Notes: generated by a model not told the origin, from the sequence alone. Positions 18,410 through 29,316 are shown, counted from the stretch's first letter. The stretch: 64,000 nucleotides of DNA from Candidatus Bathyarchaeota archaeon (GCA_963832745.1 CAWHVC010000003.1:640001-704000), one strand, 5' to 3'. Translations and numbers: made by a program.

Positions 18410-19112
18410 TTAGTATTGCTTTCTTGCGGATAGACCATACCAGGACATTACTTTTGCAAGTATGGGTATGATCACGCCTAAGAGAATAGCTGGTAGGAAC
18501 GCTAAGGTACAAGCCGTATACTGGGTCTGCCCATAGTCCATGTGCCATCATGCGTGGAGAGTATGTCATGTAACTGCCGCCGCCTGCGAAGTCAAGTGAC
18601 CAGTTGTAGTTCATGTATACTTGTAATACTGCTATGAATACTGAAGCGGTCATTGCTGAACCGATCATGCGTTTGAAGTTTGTTGAGCCATTGTTTAATG
18701 CGCCTGCAATGTAGCCGATCATAACGGCGTAGATTATCCAGAACATAACGCTTGGGTCGCCGTAGAAGTTGTGGTATACAGATCCATCATTTGGCATGCC
18801 TACATAGTAAATGTTGTAGAGTCCTGCGCTGGCTACGTAATACATTCCGCCCATGATGAAGCCTGCTGCGCCGCCTGCCCATTTATTCCAAGTTAAGCCT
18901 AAGATCAATGGTATACCGAGAATTAGCATTTGTGAGAAGCCTTGTGTAAGAATGACACCGACTGTGCTAAGTAGATCCGAGCCGTTTCCGAAGACGTGAT
19001 ATGTGCCGCTTGGGTTAACGTAGATTACTAGAAGGAATATGATGAGTATTACCAATAGAGGTACGATGAAGCCGTAGAGAATGTCTGACAGTTTAAATTT
19101 TTCTGGTTCCAA
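18410..19112 (-). CDS. Multi-pass membrane protein (ECF S-component-like), frameshifted near 18505
   Basis: Six hydrophobic segments; LGIPLILGLTWNKWAGGAAGF; alternative frame gives LAFLPAILLGVIIPILAKVMSWYGLSARKQY-stop at 18410. Confidence 0.7.
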
Positions 19113-19242
19113 AGTTTTTCCCTTTCTTTTAATGTTATTTTTAAGAACTATTATCGTTTAGGCGTACTAATAAATTTAATCCTCTTCACCTGAATTGCGA
19201 GGGCAAATTAACATAAAAAACAGGATTTGGGTCGCCAATTGT

Positions 19243-20811
19243 CTAATTTTTAGAACAAACAAATACGCCGCCCAGAATGGTAAAACTTGCCGAAACTCTG
19301 CTTATTTCATCAACCGCTACAGCTGCAGGGTTGTTTGATAAAACGGTTAAATCAGCAAGCTTTCCCTGCTCAATAGACCCTTTATTAGTCAACTCTGAAG
19401 CAGCCTGCGCCCCAAAAACGGTGTACATTTTCAACGCCTCGGAAACAGCCACTTTTTGCGGGCCATCACGTTTAACTGCCGCTTCAACACCAAGCAATGG
19501 ATTAAGTGGCTCCATAGGGCAATCTGACCCTGCAGCAACCGAAACGCCAGAGCTAAGCAAGTCTTTAACTGGAAACAGCCAACGCACCCTATTCTCGCCC
19601 AAATGCTCCGCAGCTGACCAAACAGAAAACTCGGAAGCCACAACACACGGCTGAACCGATACTGAAACGTCCAACTCTTTTATTCGGCGCAAAAGCTCAG
19701 GGGTAAGAACCGCAGCTTGTTCAATGCGCGGGCGGGCAACCGTAGGGTTTTGGCTGGTTTGCTGAATGATGTTTAATGCTTCAGTGACTGCTTTGTCACC
19801 TACCGCATGGATGATAAGCTGTAACCCAGCGGCTTGAATCTTATTGGCAAGCTTTCGCATTTCGTTTTGTTGGCAAAGCATTTTTCCCTGCTCATCTGGG
19901 CTGTCGCTGTAAGGTTCAATTAACGCGGCGGTTCTTGAAGCGAGGTAACCGTCAGAGAAAATAATTGAGGCGCCAAGTTTGAAGCACCCATTTTCTATGG
20001 GTTTTAGGCTTTTTAGTGCTAAATCAAGCATTTTTGAAGGAACTATCAAGAAAATTCTCAAAGGCAAAGAGTCTTCTTGGATTAGCTGCTGGATAATTGG
20101 AAGTTCTGCTTCCGAGAGCACTATCCAGTGAATACTGGTTACGCCTGCTTGTACAATTTTTTCTAACGCCAACTTTGTAGCTTGGTAAAGTTCCTGCTGT
20201 GTTGGTTCAGGAATAACGTTCCATACAAGATTTGTTGCGTACTCACGAAGAATCCCCGTAGGTTCACCGTTTGCGTCTTTTTCAACAAATAATACTTCAG
20301 TTTGCTCATTGATTTTTGCTGCTTCGAGCGCTTTGCTATTAACAGAGCATACTTGCCCTGTTTGGCAGTAAAGAACTACTGGATTATCAGGCGCAGCGGA
20401 ATCTAAATCCTTTCGGGTTGGCAAACGTTTCTCCGCAAGCCTATCAGGGGTTAACGCCTTGCCCAAAACAAACCGTCCCTTTCCAGTTTGTTTTATGCGT
20501 TCGGAAAGTATGTTTTGAATGTCTGTTATTGACTTAGCGTTTTCAAGGTCCAGCCATGTTAGCAACTTGCCGTAGTCAGCGACGTGAATGTGAGTATCTA
20601 TGAAGCCGGGTAGCACAGTTTTGCCTTCAAGATGAATTACTTTGGTGTTTTCGCCGATAAACTCGTTGACTTCTTGGTTGGTGCCTACGTGGCGTATTTT
20701 GCCGTCTTTAACTGCGATGGCTTGCGCTGTTGGCATATTTGGGTTCATAGTTAAAACGTTTCCTTCAAGCAAAACCAAATCCGCCGGGGTCAACAGGACA
20801 TCAGTCTCCAA
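19243..20811 (-). CDS. YtcJ-like amidohydrolase (amidohydrolase_3)
   Basis: PGFIDTHIH, GEPTGILRE, HAVGDKA, GSDCP, GSIEQGKLADLTVL. Confidence 0.9.
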   Translation of the reverse strand: METDVLLTPADLVLLEGNVLTMNPNMPTAQAIAVKDGKIRHVGTNQEVNEFIGENTKVIHLEGKTVLPGFIDTHIHVADYGKLLTWLDLENAKSITDIQNILSERIKQTGKGRFVLGKALTPDRLAEKRLPTRKDLDSAAPDNPVVLYCQTGQVCSVNSKALEAAKINEQTEVLFVEKDANGEPTGILREYATNLVWNVIPEPTQQELYQATKLALEKIVQAGVTSIHWIVLSEAELPIIQQLIQEDSLPLRIFLIVPSKMLDLALKSLKPIENGCFKLGASIIFSDGYLASRTAALIEPYSDSPDEQGKMLCQQNEMRKLANKIQAAGLQLIIHAVGDKAVTEALNIIQQTSQNPTVARPRIEQAAVLTPELLRRIKELDVSVSVQPCVVASEFSVWSAAEHLGENRVRWLFPVKDLLSSGVSVAAGSDCPMEPLNPLLGVEAAVKRDGPQKVAVSEALKMYTVFGAQAASELTNKGSIEQGKLADLTVLSNNPAAVAVDEISRVSASFTILGGVFVCSKN

Positions 20812-20946
20812 TGTTTTTGTAATGTTACAGGTTGTTTATTGCTTATCAAGGTAACTTTTTCTAAAATAGGCTTTATCGCAAAATCTTTTTTAGTAACAGG
20901 CATCTAGGTAAGTCAACAAATTACAAGCTGAAGGATGTATTTTAGG

Positions 20947-22050
20947 ATGGCAAAAAAAGGCCCTTTGATGATGACTTCGTGGAGAACCACCGGCGCCTGC
21001 AATGCACGCTGCAGATACTGCAACGTAGACGCGACAGGCAAAAAAGCTGACAGGGAATTAACAACACAAGAAGCATTAGCCTTGGTCGATAAAGTGTACG
21101 ACTTCGGCGTTAGCTGGTTCGGACTTAAAGGCGGAGAACCGCTTCTAAGGAAAGACATTTTTGAAATAGTTGCCTACGCAAAAGGCAAGGGTCTTAACGT
21201 GTGCCTTCTTACTAACGGATGCTTTGTTGACGGCGAAATATACGATAATCTTGTTAAGAATCAAGTTTGGGGCTCTGTAAGCATCGATGGCCCAGAAGAA
21301 ATCAATGACCAACTTCGTGGAAAAGGCTCCTATCAAAAAGCCCTCGCTGCAATCCAAAAATTGTCAGCAGGAAAAATCCTAAACGGCTTAGCCGCAGCAA
21401 TTACTTCAGTAAACTATCAGCACCTTGACCATGTTTGCGAGTTGGCTGAAAAGTACCACGCTAACTTTGTCTGGTTTAACCATTTGGTTCCCAGTGGAAG
21501 AGCAAAAGATCAAGTGGACGATTTAAGCCCCACCCCAGAACAACTGGAAGAAGCACTTAACCACATTTGGGACTTATCAGTCAAGTACAAGGGCAAATTT
21601 GACATTCACGTACACTGCCCACACTTCGCACGTGTAGTAAAACAACGCAACATTCCAAACTTTGACGAATGGTACGAAAAAGAGTTCCACGGCAAATGCA
21701 CATACTTCGCCTTTGGCGGCTACATAAGCATTACAGAAAACGGCAGCTTAATCCCATGTTTCTACACAGACCTCCGCCCAATGGAGCCAATGAAGCTAGG
21801 AAACATCCGTGACCCCAAGAGCCTAACACAAGTTTGGGAAGAAATGAAAGCTTCATCCTACTTCAGCAGCTTCCGGGATAGAGGGAACCTAAAAGGAAAA
21901 TGCAACGTCTGTGAGTACCGCGATATCTGTGGCGGATGCAGAAACCGAGCGTACGCTTTAACAGGTGACATTTACGGGCAAGACGACGCATGCGCATATA
22001 TTCCAAAAGCTTTGCGTGACAATCCCGACCTGTTGAAAGAAAAACAATAA
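20947..22050 (+). CDS. Radical SAM/SPASM protein (AhbC/AhbD/PqqE-like)
   Basis: CNARCRYC, GGEPLLR, VSIDG, SPASM CNVCEYRDICGGCRNRAY...DDAC. Confidence 0.88.
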   Translation: MAKKGPLMMTSWRTTGACNARCRYCNVDATGKKADRELTTQEALALVDKVYDFGVSWFGLKGGEPLLRKDIFEIVAYAKGKGLNVCLLTNGCFVDGEIYDNLVKNQVWGSVSIDGPEEINDQLRGKGSYQKALAAIQKLSAGKILNGLAAAITSVNYQHLDHVCELAEKYHANFVWFNHLVPSGRAKDQVDDLSPTPEQLEEALNHIWDLSVKYKGKFDIHVHCPHFARVVKQRNIPNFDEWYEKEFHGKCTYFAFGGYISITENGSLIPCFYTDLRPMEPMKLGNIRDPKSLTQVWEEMKASSYFSSFRDRGNLKGKCNVCEYRDICGGCRNRAYALTGDIYGQDDACAYIPKALRDNPDLLKEKQ

Positions 22051-22169
22051 ATCATTTTTTATTTTTTTTAGAAAATAGCTTTTTATTTAATCAACAATAT
22101 TAATCCATCATAAAGTGTTTAATGCATCACTTTTTTGTACCTTTAAAGGGTCAAATGGGGAGTTTAGGC

Positions 22170-24465
22170 ATGCAGAAAAGAAACGCGGCGTACTTCTTAA
22201 TCATGATATTTCTTATTCCACTGCCTATACTTGTTGCCAGCTTGATGACGACGACCCAGCCTCAAATTGATTCTTGGCCAATGTTTCACCAGAACCTGCA
22301 ACGCACAGGCTACCTTGACACTGCACTACCAATGAATAATCAGACACTATGGAAGTTTAACACGGGCGGCCAAATGGGTTCACCCGCATTGCAAGACGGC
22401 GTAGTTTACGTTGGCGGGTATGACCACAAAGTTTACGCTTTTGACGCCCAAACAGGCGAATTAATTTGGAACTACACAACAGGCGGCATAGTGGTGTCCC
22501 GGCCCGCAATAGCCGCCGATTTAGTTTATGTTGGCTCTGAAGACAATAACCTTTACGCGTTAAATGCAACAGATGGGAGTTTAGTCTGGAAGTTTCTTAC
22601 CGGTTATTATGTGGATTCTGACCCTGCAGTGGTTGGAGGTGTTGTGTATGCGGCTTCTGAAGACCGAAACGTTTACGCCTTAAACGCACAAACAGGCGAA
22701 AAAATATGGAACCACACCACTGGTGGCCAAATCATGCTTTCATCGCCAACAGTTGCCGACGGCTTTTTGTACATCGGCACTTTAGACCATAAACTCTATG
22801 CGTTAAACGCGGCAGACGGCAGCTTAGCTTGGACCTACACCACCAATGATAACATTGTTTCAACCCCCGCCGTCTCTGAAGGCATCGTTTATGTGGGGTC
22901 CTTGGATAACAACGTTTACGCCCTACACGCCCAGACCGGCGATTTACTTTGGAATTTTAGCGCCAGTGATGCAGTGTATTCATCCCCTGCAGTTTCTGAA
23001 GGACTGGTCTTTGTGGGATCAAACGACGACAACCTTTACGCGCTTAACTCCACTGACGGCTCGTTTGTTTGGAGCTACACAGCTGGCGGCGCTGTTTCGT
23101 CCTCCCCAACAGTCGCAAACGGTCTTGTTTATGTAGGCGCAAACGATGGAAAAATTTACGCGTTAACCCTTCAAACTGGGCGCCTTCAATGGGTTTACGC
23201 TTCAGATGATATTGTGATTTCTCAACCCGCAGCATCGGAAGGCAAAGTTTTTGTTGGCGGATGGAATGGCAAACTGTACGCTTTAGACGCAAGCAACGGC
23301 AGTTTGGATTGGAGTTTTAGTAGTGGCGGCAAAGTTGATTCTTCTCCGACTGTTTCAGGTGGCGTCGTGTATGTTGGTTCTCATAATGGAAAACTGTATG
23401 CCCTTAACGCGTCCACAGGATTAGTAGGTTACAATTGGGAACTGCATAATAACGTGATTTGGAGTTTTCAAGCAAACGACAAGTTTCTGTTTTCTTCACC
23501 CGCAATTAGCGGTGGAGTGGCATACGTGGGCTCATATGACGGCAACGTTTACGCTATAAACACCACAACGGGGCAGTCAATATGGAGTTTCTTGACGGGT
23601 TACGCGGTGGTTTCTTCACCTGCAGTTTATGACGGAATCGTTTACGTGGGTTCAGAGGACAATCATCTTTACGCGTTAAACGCAGAAACCGGTTCTCTTG
23701 TGTGGAACCACACTTTTGGAAACATGATTATCACTTCTTCGCCTGCTGTTTCAAACGGTAACGTGTACGTGGGCTCCATGGACAATAACGTGTATGCCTT
23801 CAACGCAGAAACCGGTGTTCAAATCTGGAATTATACAACCGGCGGCATCGTAACCTCATCGCCTACAATTGCAGGCGGCGTCGTTTATGTGGGGTCTTAT
23901 GACCATAACATTTACGCCTTAAACGCTCAGGACGGCAGTTTAGTTTGGAAATACGTCACCGGTGGCAGCGTAGCATCTTCAGTTGCAGTTACAAACGGAG
24001 TGGTTTATGTTGGTTCAGACGACGGCAAAATGTACGCGTTGAATGCAGCGTCGGGCAATTTTAAATGGAGTTACCAAACCGGCGTGCCAAGTAGCCTCTT
24101 CCCCAGCTGTTACGTGGGACATGCTGTTCTTCGGTTCATATGACGGTAAAATCTATGCCTTAAACTCGGCTGACGGCAGCTTTGTCTGGAGTTATCAAAC
24201 AGGTGACTGGGTGGTTTCTTCTCCGGCCGTTGTTAACGGCGTTTTGTATGTGGGTTCTTATGACCATTTCGTGTACGCCATCGGCGCAATTAATAACACT
24301 CAAGACCAAACTGGTTACCCCACGATGCTTATCATGATTTTGACGGTTGGCTTGATTGCAGTTCTCATTGTGGTTGGTATTCTTTACTGGCGTAAACGAA
24401 AAGCTGACAAGTTTTTCGGAAAATATTTTATTCCGAAACCCAGTAGTGAAGGTGACTTTCCATGA
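22170..24465 (+). CDS. PQQ/BamB-like beta-propeller surface protein (16 repeats, C-terminal TM), split by frameshift near 24084
   Basis: 14 SSPxVxxGxVYVGSxDxxLYALNAxTG repeats in ORF 22122-24143 plus 2 more and the TM anchor in ORF 24043-24465. Confidence 0.85.
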
Positions 24466-25616
24466 ACCGTAAATGGGCAATAGCGTTTCTTCTATGTATA
24501 ACTTTAATTGTTGTGCTTTTTGTGGGTGCGCATTCGCTTTTTGGCGGAAACGGCGCTATGCAGAACGTTGATGTTTACGTAGGCGTAGACGCGGCTTATG
24601 ATAACATGACTGATTTGAAAGCACGCATTGACCAAGTCAAAGACTACACTAACCTATTTGTTTTAGGCAGCACTGGCATCACTCTTGACGAAGCTAAGCT
24701 TAACGAGATGTGCAATTACATTAACGCAAGCGGGCTTAGTTTTGCCACTTACACTCACACTACCGAAAACTCTACTTTCAATTTTAACCAGTCAGCTTGG
24801 ACAGCCTATGCTAAGCAGCGTTGGGGCAGCGAGTTTTTGGGTTTATACAGTTATGATGAACCCGGAGGACACCAGATAGACAGTGACCAACCATACATGA
24901 TAGTTCCCCAAGCAGAAAATTATTCGGATGCAGCTAACAAGTACATCTTTAACCTGCACAATTACATCTCCGAATTTCTTGCCTTAAATACCACACTGAT
25001 GACTTCTGATTACGCCCTTTACGAGTATGATTACCGTGCAGGCTACGACATTGTCTTGGCAGAATACGCGTGGAATCATAGCCGCCCAATAAACACTGCC
25101 TTAGTTCGGGGTTCAGCCACAATGCAAGGCAAAGAATGGGGTGTCATGCTCACTTACACTTACGAGCAGCCACCTTATCTTGAATCAGGACCCGAACTGT
25201 ATCAGGACATGATAACCGCTTATGAGAACGGCGCCAAATACATCCTTGTTTTTGATTACGCCACCCAAGACGAAACTCAAATGGCGCATGGCATTCTGCA
25301 ACAGGAGCATTTAGACGCTTTAAGGCAATTCTGGGAATATGTTAAAGCTAACCCACGCCAAAGCAACCCAGTTAGTGAACGTGTTGCGTATGTTCTTCCA
25401 TCTGACTTCGGTTATGGCTTTCGCGGCTCGAACGATTGGGTTTGGGGCTTATGGAAAAACAGCACCCTTTCCACTCAAATTTGGGATGACATAAACACTT
25501 GCTCGCAACAGTACAAGCAAAGGTTTGACATCATCTACGCTGACACTCCCAACTTTGACGCATGGGCTTATAGCAAACTCATCTACTGGAACGGTACAGT
25601 GCAAACAAAACCGTAA
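24462..25616 (+). CDS. Secreted/membrane-tethered hypothetical protein, possibly glycoside-hydrolase-like
   Basis: N-terminal TM; GLYSYDEPGG, TSDYALYEYDY; ATGA overlap with the previous gene. Confidence 0.7.
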   Translation: MNRKWAIAFLLCITLIVVLFVGAHSLFGGNGAMQNVDVYVGVDAAYDNMTDLKARIDQVKDYTNLFVLGSTGITLDEAKLNEMCNYINASGLSFATYTHTTENSTFNFNQSAWTAYAKQRWGSEFLGLYSYDEPGGHQIDSDQPYMIVPQAENYSDAANKYIFNLHNYISEFLALNTTLMTSDYALYEYDYRAGYDIVLAEYAWNHSRPINTALVRGSATMQGKEWGVMLTYTYEQPPYLESGPELYQDMITAYENGAKYILVFDYATQDETQMAHGILQQEHLDALRQFWEYVKANPRQSNPVSERVAYVLPSDFGYGFRGSNDWVWGLWKNSTLSTQIWDDINTCSQQYKQRFDIIYADTPNFDAWAYSKLIYWNGTVQTKP

Positions 25617-25733
25617 CCAGTGGCTCTTTGTTGTTTTCAGCTCTCAGGTTGGCTTTGTGCTTGGATAGGCGTTTAACAGAAACTTTATTATGGTAACAAG
25701 GGCATTTTAGAAAACAAATCTGAGGAGAAATAA

Positions 25734-27047
25734 ATGAAAAACCCGGCGACTGAAAAACAATCAGGCGTCTATGATTTAAGGACAAATTGGCCGCCTTACA
25801 CTTACAGAGATTACCCAGACATTAAGCCTGAAACATACAAGGCTTTTCTGGAATTCTTAGATACAGAAAACACGTCAAAACGGCTTATGGAGCTGCAGCC
25901 ATGGGTTTCCATCTGTGACTCTAAATGCTCATTCTGTTATTTCCCAACCACCGCTACAAGCAAAGCACACATTGAACCATATCTTGCAGCCCTTAAAAAA
26001 GAATTAGACATGTACGCTAAAACCAAGTATCTGCAGACAAGCGTTTTTGACGAAATCGTCTTAGGCGGCGGAACACCCAGTGTTTTAACCGCTGATCAAA
26101 TGATAGATTTAATCGAATACTGCAAAGCACGGTTTACCACTACAGATGATTACTTCATAAAAGTTACAGGTTCATCAAAAAGTTTTGACCGCCACAAAAT
26201 CGTAAAACTCGCCGAATACGGAGCTTTCCAAATGGACATGGGCGCTCAAACTTTCGATAACAAACTGCGAAAAGACTTCTGCCTGCCCGACCCAGCAGAA
26301 CACGTAATAGACGCAATCAAACTGGCACGTAAACTTGGCATGTGCGTCTGTGTAGACATACTCTATAATCTGCCCGGTCAAACCATGGAAGCTTGGAAAG
26401 ACACTCTTCAAAAATGCATAGACTTAGACGTTGAAGTTGATGTTTATGCGCTCGAAGTTGTTCCAGGCACAATTCTTGACATGCAAATAAAAGCAGGAAA
26501 AATGCCTCCAGCAGGCAACGTTGAATATGAAACCGAAATGTACCTAACCGCATACAAAATGTTAACCGATGCAGGCTACAAAGCTGTTGGTCACGACCGG
26601 TTCTCACGTGAACCTTGGCACTTTAAAGAATCATGCCTTAACGGTTGGCCTTTCGCCGCCCAGTTAACCACTGGTGCAGGATGCTTTATGGGTTACTTTG
26701 AACGGTTCTCCTATTCCAACTTGGAAGACATTAACGAGTACATGGCTGCAGTAAACGCGGGCAGACTCCCAATCAACCGAATATCTGAATCCACAACTGA
26801 AGACATGATGCGCAAAGTAATGACACGCCTATACCTTCGTTTGCCAGTAGACAAAGTTGAGTTCAAACAGAAATTCGGCAAAAACCCAGAAGATGTCTTC
26901 GGCCCACAACTAAAACGCCTGGTTGAAAAAGGCTTGCTGACAATTGATGACAAAGAAATCAAAATCACAAAACTTGGCGACATCTGGAAAGGCAACATTG
27001 CATGGGAATTCGCGGACAATCCACGCGAGAAAAACATGCTCAAATAA
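25734..27047 (+). CDS. HemN/HemW-like (class C) radical SAM protein
   Basis: CDSKCSFC, LGGGTPSVL, MGAQTF, DILYNLPGQT, C-terminal HemN_C-like LTKLG region. Confidence 0.85.
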   Translation: MKNPATEKQSGVYDLRTNWPPYTYRDYPDIKPETYKAFLEFLDTENTSKRLMELQPWVSICDSKCSFCYFPTTATSKAHIEPYLAALKKELDMYAKTKYLQTSVFDEIVLGGGTPSVLTADQMIDLIEYCKARFTTTDDYFIKVTGSSKSFDRHKIVKLAEYGAFQMDMGAQTFDNKLRKDFCLPDPAEHVIDAIKLARKLGMCVCVDILYNLPGQTMEAWKDTLQKCIDLDVEVDVYALEVVPGTILDMQIKAGKMPPAGNVEYETEMYLTAYKMLTDAGYKAVGHDRFSREPWHFKESCLNGWPFAAQLTTGAGCFMGYFERFSYSNLEDINEYMAAVNAGRLPINRISESTTEDMMRKVMTRLYLRLPVDKVEFKQKFGKNPEDVFGPQLKRLVEKGLLTIDDKEIKITKLGDIWKGNIAWEFADNPREKNMLK

Positions 27048-27064
27048 ACCCAACTTTCCTTTTC

Positions 27065-27332
27065 TTGTTTGTTTTGTTGATGCTTCTGTATACAACCCTG
27101 CTTTAGGGGTAATTAGTACTGGTTTTCAACATGCTAATGGCGCAAAAAACCGTCAATAGCACCTAACCCCTCTTAGTGATTTGCGATTTTCATAATGCTT
27201 TTTGGGCTGTTTCTGCGGTTTTCCAAAGCGGCATTTTCTGGCTACTTGTTCTGTAGGGTTAGGGTTCATTGTTTTTACCTACCCTCTATAGGTTTTTGCA
27301 TAGAACCTCTATTTGGATCCTAATAGATTGGT
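27065..27332 (+). repeat. Dispersed palindromic intergenic repeat, copy C (longest; left and right halves separated by ~95 bp)
   Basis: TTTTCAACATGCTAATG...CAATAGCACCTAACCCCTCTTAGTGATTT, then CCTACCCTCTATAGGTTTTTGCATAGAACCTCTATTTGGATCCTAATAGATTGG. Confidence 0.88.
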
Positions 27333-27643
27333 TTAAAAAGTAAAGCAACACAAAGCAATGAACAGCACTGAACAGCAAAATGCAAGTCGGCAACTAGCAT
27401 GGCCCATTAAAACTTGATTTTTTCTATGTTTCGCTCCAACAGCCAAACCAGCATCAGAGCGTGTCCTATAAAGAATTTTAGCGTTAAAAAAACAGCAAAA
27501 TATAGACATTAAACAATCAACAAATACTGCTCTGGCTGGTTTGCAACCAATAGTTGTCCTTTTTTTGCTAAAACTTATTAGGTTCTTGGGGCTTTATCCG
27601 CAAAAGAGGGCTGGAATAACAAGTGAAAGTAGCGGGGAAAAAG

Positions 27644-29086
27644 ATGCTAAAATCAAGCAAGCATGTTGTGGGATTGTTGGTTTTGTTCTTGTTTGTGTCT
27701 TTGTTTGCTGTTTTGGCTAATCCAGTTGTTGCTTCTGATGGCGCTGAAAATTCTTGGGTTTCGGTTTCGTCTTTGCCTACTGTTAGGGGTGATTTGGGTG
27801 TTGCTGCGGTAAATGGGAAAATCTATGCTATAGGTGGCATTTTTGTTAATACAAAGACTACTCCGAACAATGAAGAAACGCTAGGTACAAACGAGGAGTA
27901 TAATCCTGCCACAAATTCCTGGACCACCAAAACACCTATGCCAATACCAAGCAGCAATTTCGCAACCGCAGTATACCAGAACAAAATCTACTGCGTAGGA
28001 GGCGGCGTAACTGATGTGTTCAACTCTACTAGGGGAACTTGGACCACTGTAATAAGTTCTGGGTTTAACCAAGTTTATGACCCACTGACCGACACTTGGG
28101 AAAATAAGACAGCAATGCCTTATCCTCAAGTAAAATCTCATGCCAATGTTGTTAATGGAAAAATCTTTTTTGTTGGCGGTTACCCTAATGGTACACTAAA
28201 TCAGATGTACGATCCTGTCACGGATAACTGGAGTGTAATGGCTGCTATGCCTGAAAAGTTTCAGGGTGCCTCATGTGTTTACGATAATAAAATCTACATT
28301 ATTGGGACTCTGTATACCGGCAAGCTTCCAGATTTTTCCGAGCCCATGACCCAGATTTATAATCCAAGCACAGATTCATGGAGTCAAGGACCAACAGCCT
28401 TGCAAGCCGTAGCAAGAGCATTTGCTGTAGTTACCGTAGGGGCTATGGCGCCTCCGAAAATTTATGATTTGTATAATCCCTCGCATGCGCCAAACTCTTA
28501 TACTTATCTTAATCAGGTGTACAACTTAGATAATGGTACTTGGGTGACTGCTGCTAGAATGCCTGACCGTGAACGTTTTGGTGTTGCTGTGGTTGATGAC
28601 TTGATATATGTTATTGGTGGATACACTTTTTCATGGCCGAGTCTTGATGACATTATAGCTAATCCTGACAATCGAGCAATCTCTTATTCATATAAGGGGG
28701 ATGTTTTGCGGTATACTCCTTTTGGGTATGGTTCTGTTCCGCCTAAGGCATTGGTTGCTTCTCCTTTAAATGCAAGTAGCTTTACTATTGGGGATGTTGT
28801 TTCTTTTAATTTTTTAACGAATCGGGCAGTGGACTGGGTGGGTTACAGTCTTGATGGTGCAGATAATGTTACTGTTACTGGTAACTTTTCCCTGTCAGAC
28901 CTAACTTTGGGTTCGCATAGTGTTACTGTTTATGCAAAAGACAGCAATGGAAACATTGGCGCCTCGGAAACAGTGGTTTTTTCTGTTTCTGAAAAGTCTT
29001 TTCCAGTAGCGGTGGTTATAGCGGTTGTTGTAGCAGCGGTGGTTGTTGTTGGGTTGGTTTTTGTTTTGAGGGTAAAAAAACGGTGA
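27644..29086 (+). CDS. Kelch-repeat cell-surface protein with Ig-like stalk and TM anchor
   Basis: VNGKIYAIGG...EEYNPATNSW Kelch repeats; DWVGYSLDGADNVTVTGN...GSHSVTVYAKDSNGN; TM + RVKKR. Confidence 0.88.
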   Translation: MLKSSKHVVGLLVLFLFVSLFAVLANPVVASDGAENSWVSVSSLPTVRGDLGVAAVNGKIYAIGGIFVNTKTTPNNEETLGTNEEYNPATNSWTTKTPMPIPSSNFATAVYQNKIYCVGGGVTDVFNSTRGTWTTVISSGFNQVYDPLTDTWENKTAMPYPQVKSHANVVNGKIFFVGGYPNGTLNQMYDPVTDNWSVMAAMPEKFQGASCVYDNKIYIIGTLYTGKLPDFSEPMTQIYNPSTDSWSQGPTALQAVARAFAVVTVGAMAPPKIYDLYNPSHAPNSYTYLNQVYNLDNGTWVTAARMPDRERFGVAVVDDLIYVIGGYTFSWPSLDDIIANPDNRAISYSYKGDVLRYTPFGYGSVPPKALVASPLNASSFTIGDVVSFNFLTNRAVDWVGYSLDGADNVTVTGNFSLSDLTLGSHSVTVYAKDSNGNIGASETVVFSVSEKSFPVAVVIAVVVAAVVVVGLVFVLRVKKR

Positions 29087-29112
29087 CCCGACTTATCTTG
29101 CATAAGCTTCCA

Positions 29113-29212
29113 ATTTTTTACTTGCTAATGCCTTTGTTTTTGGTCAATAGCGCCCTACCCTCTAAGGTTTTCTGCATAGATATCCTATTTGGATTTTAAT
29201 AGGTTGACGAAA
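29113..29212 (+). repeat. Dispersed palindromic intergenic repeat, copy D
   Basis: TGCTAATG...GTCAATAGCGCCCTACCCTCTAAGGTTTTCTGCATAGATATCCTATTTGGATTTTAATAGGTTGACG. Confidence 0.85.
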
Positions 29213-29316
29213 TCAGCTTTTTTCAACTTGTGGCTCCAGCAACAGTTCAAACAAGTTAGCGTTTACTGCCGAAATCTATAAATGATTATTTTCAACTCCC
29301 TTTAATTTGGAGCGTT

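Noticed and set aside
22122-24143. Selenocysteine or pyrrolysine read-through to explain split ORFs
   Set aside because: The continuations are in different frames, so these are indels and not in-frame stops.
27254-27266. TAGGGTTAGGGTT telomere-like motif in the spacer of copy C
   Set aside because: Only two units; expected by chance.
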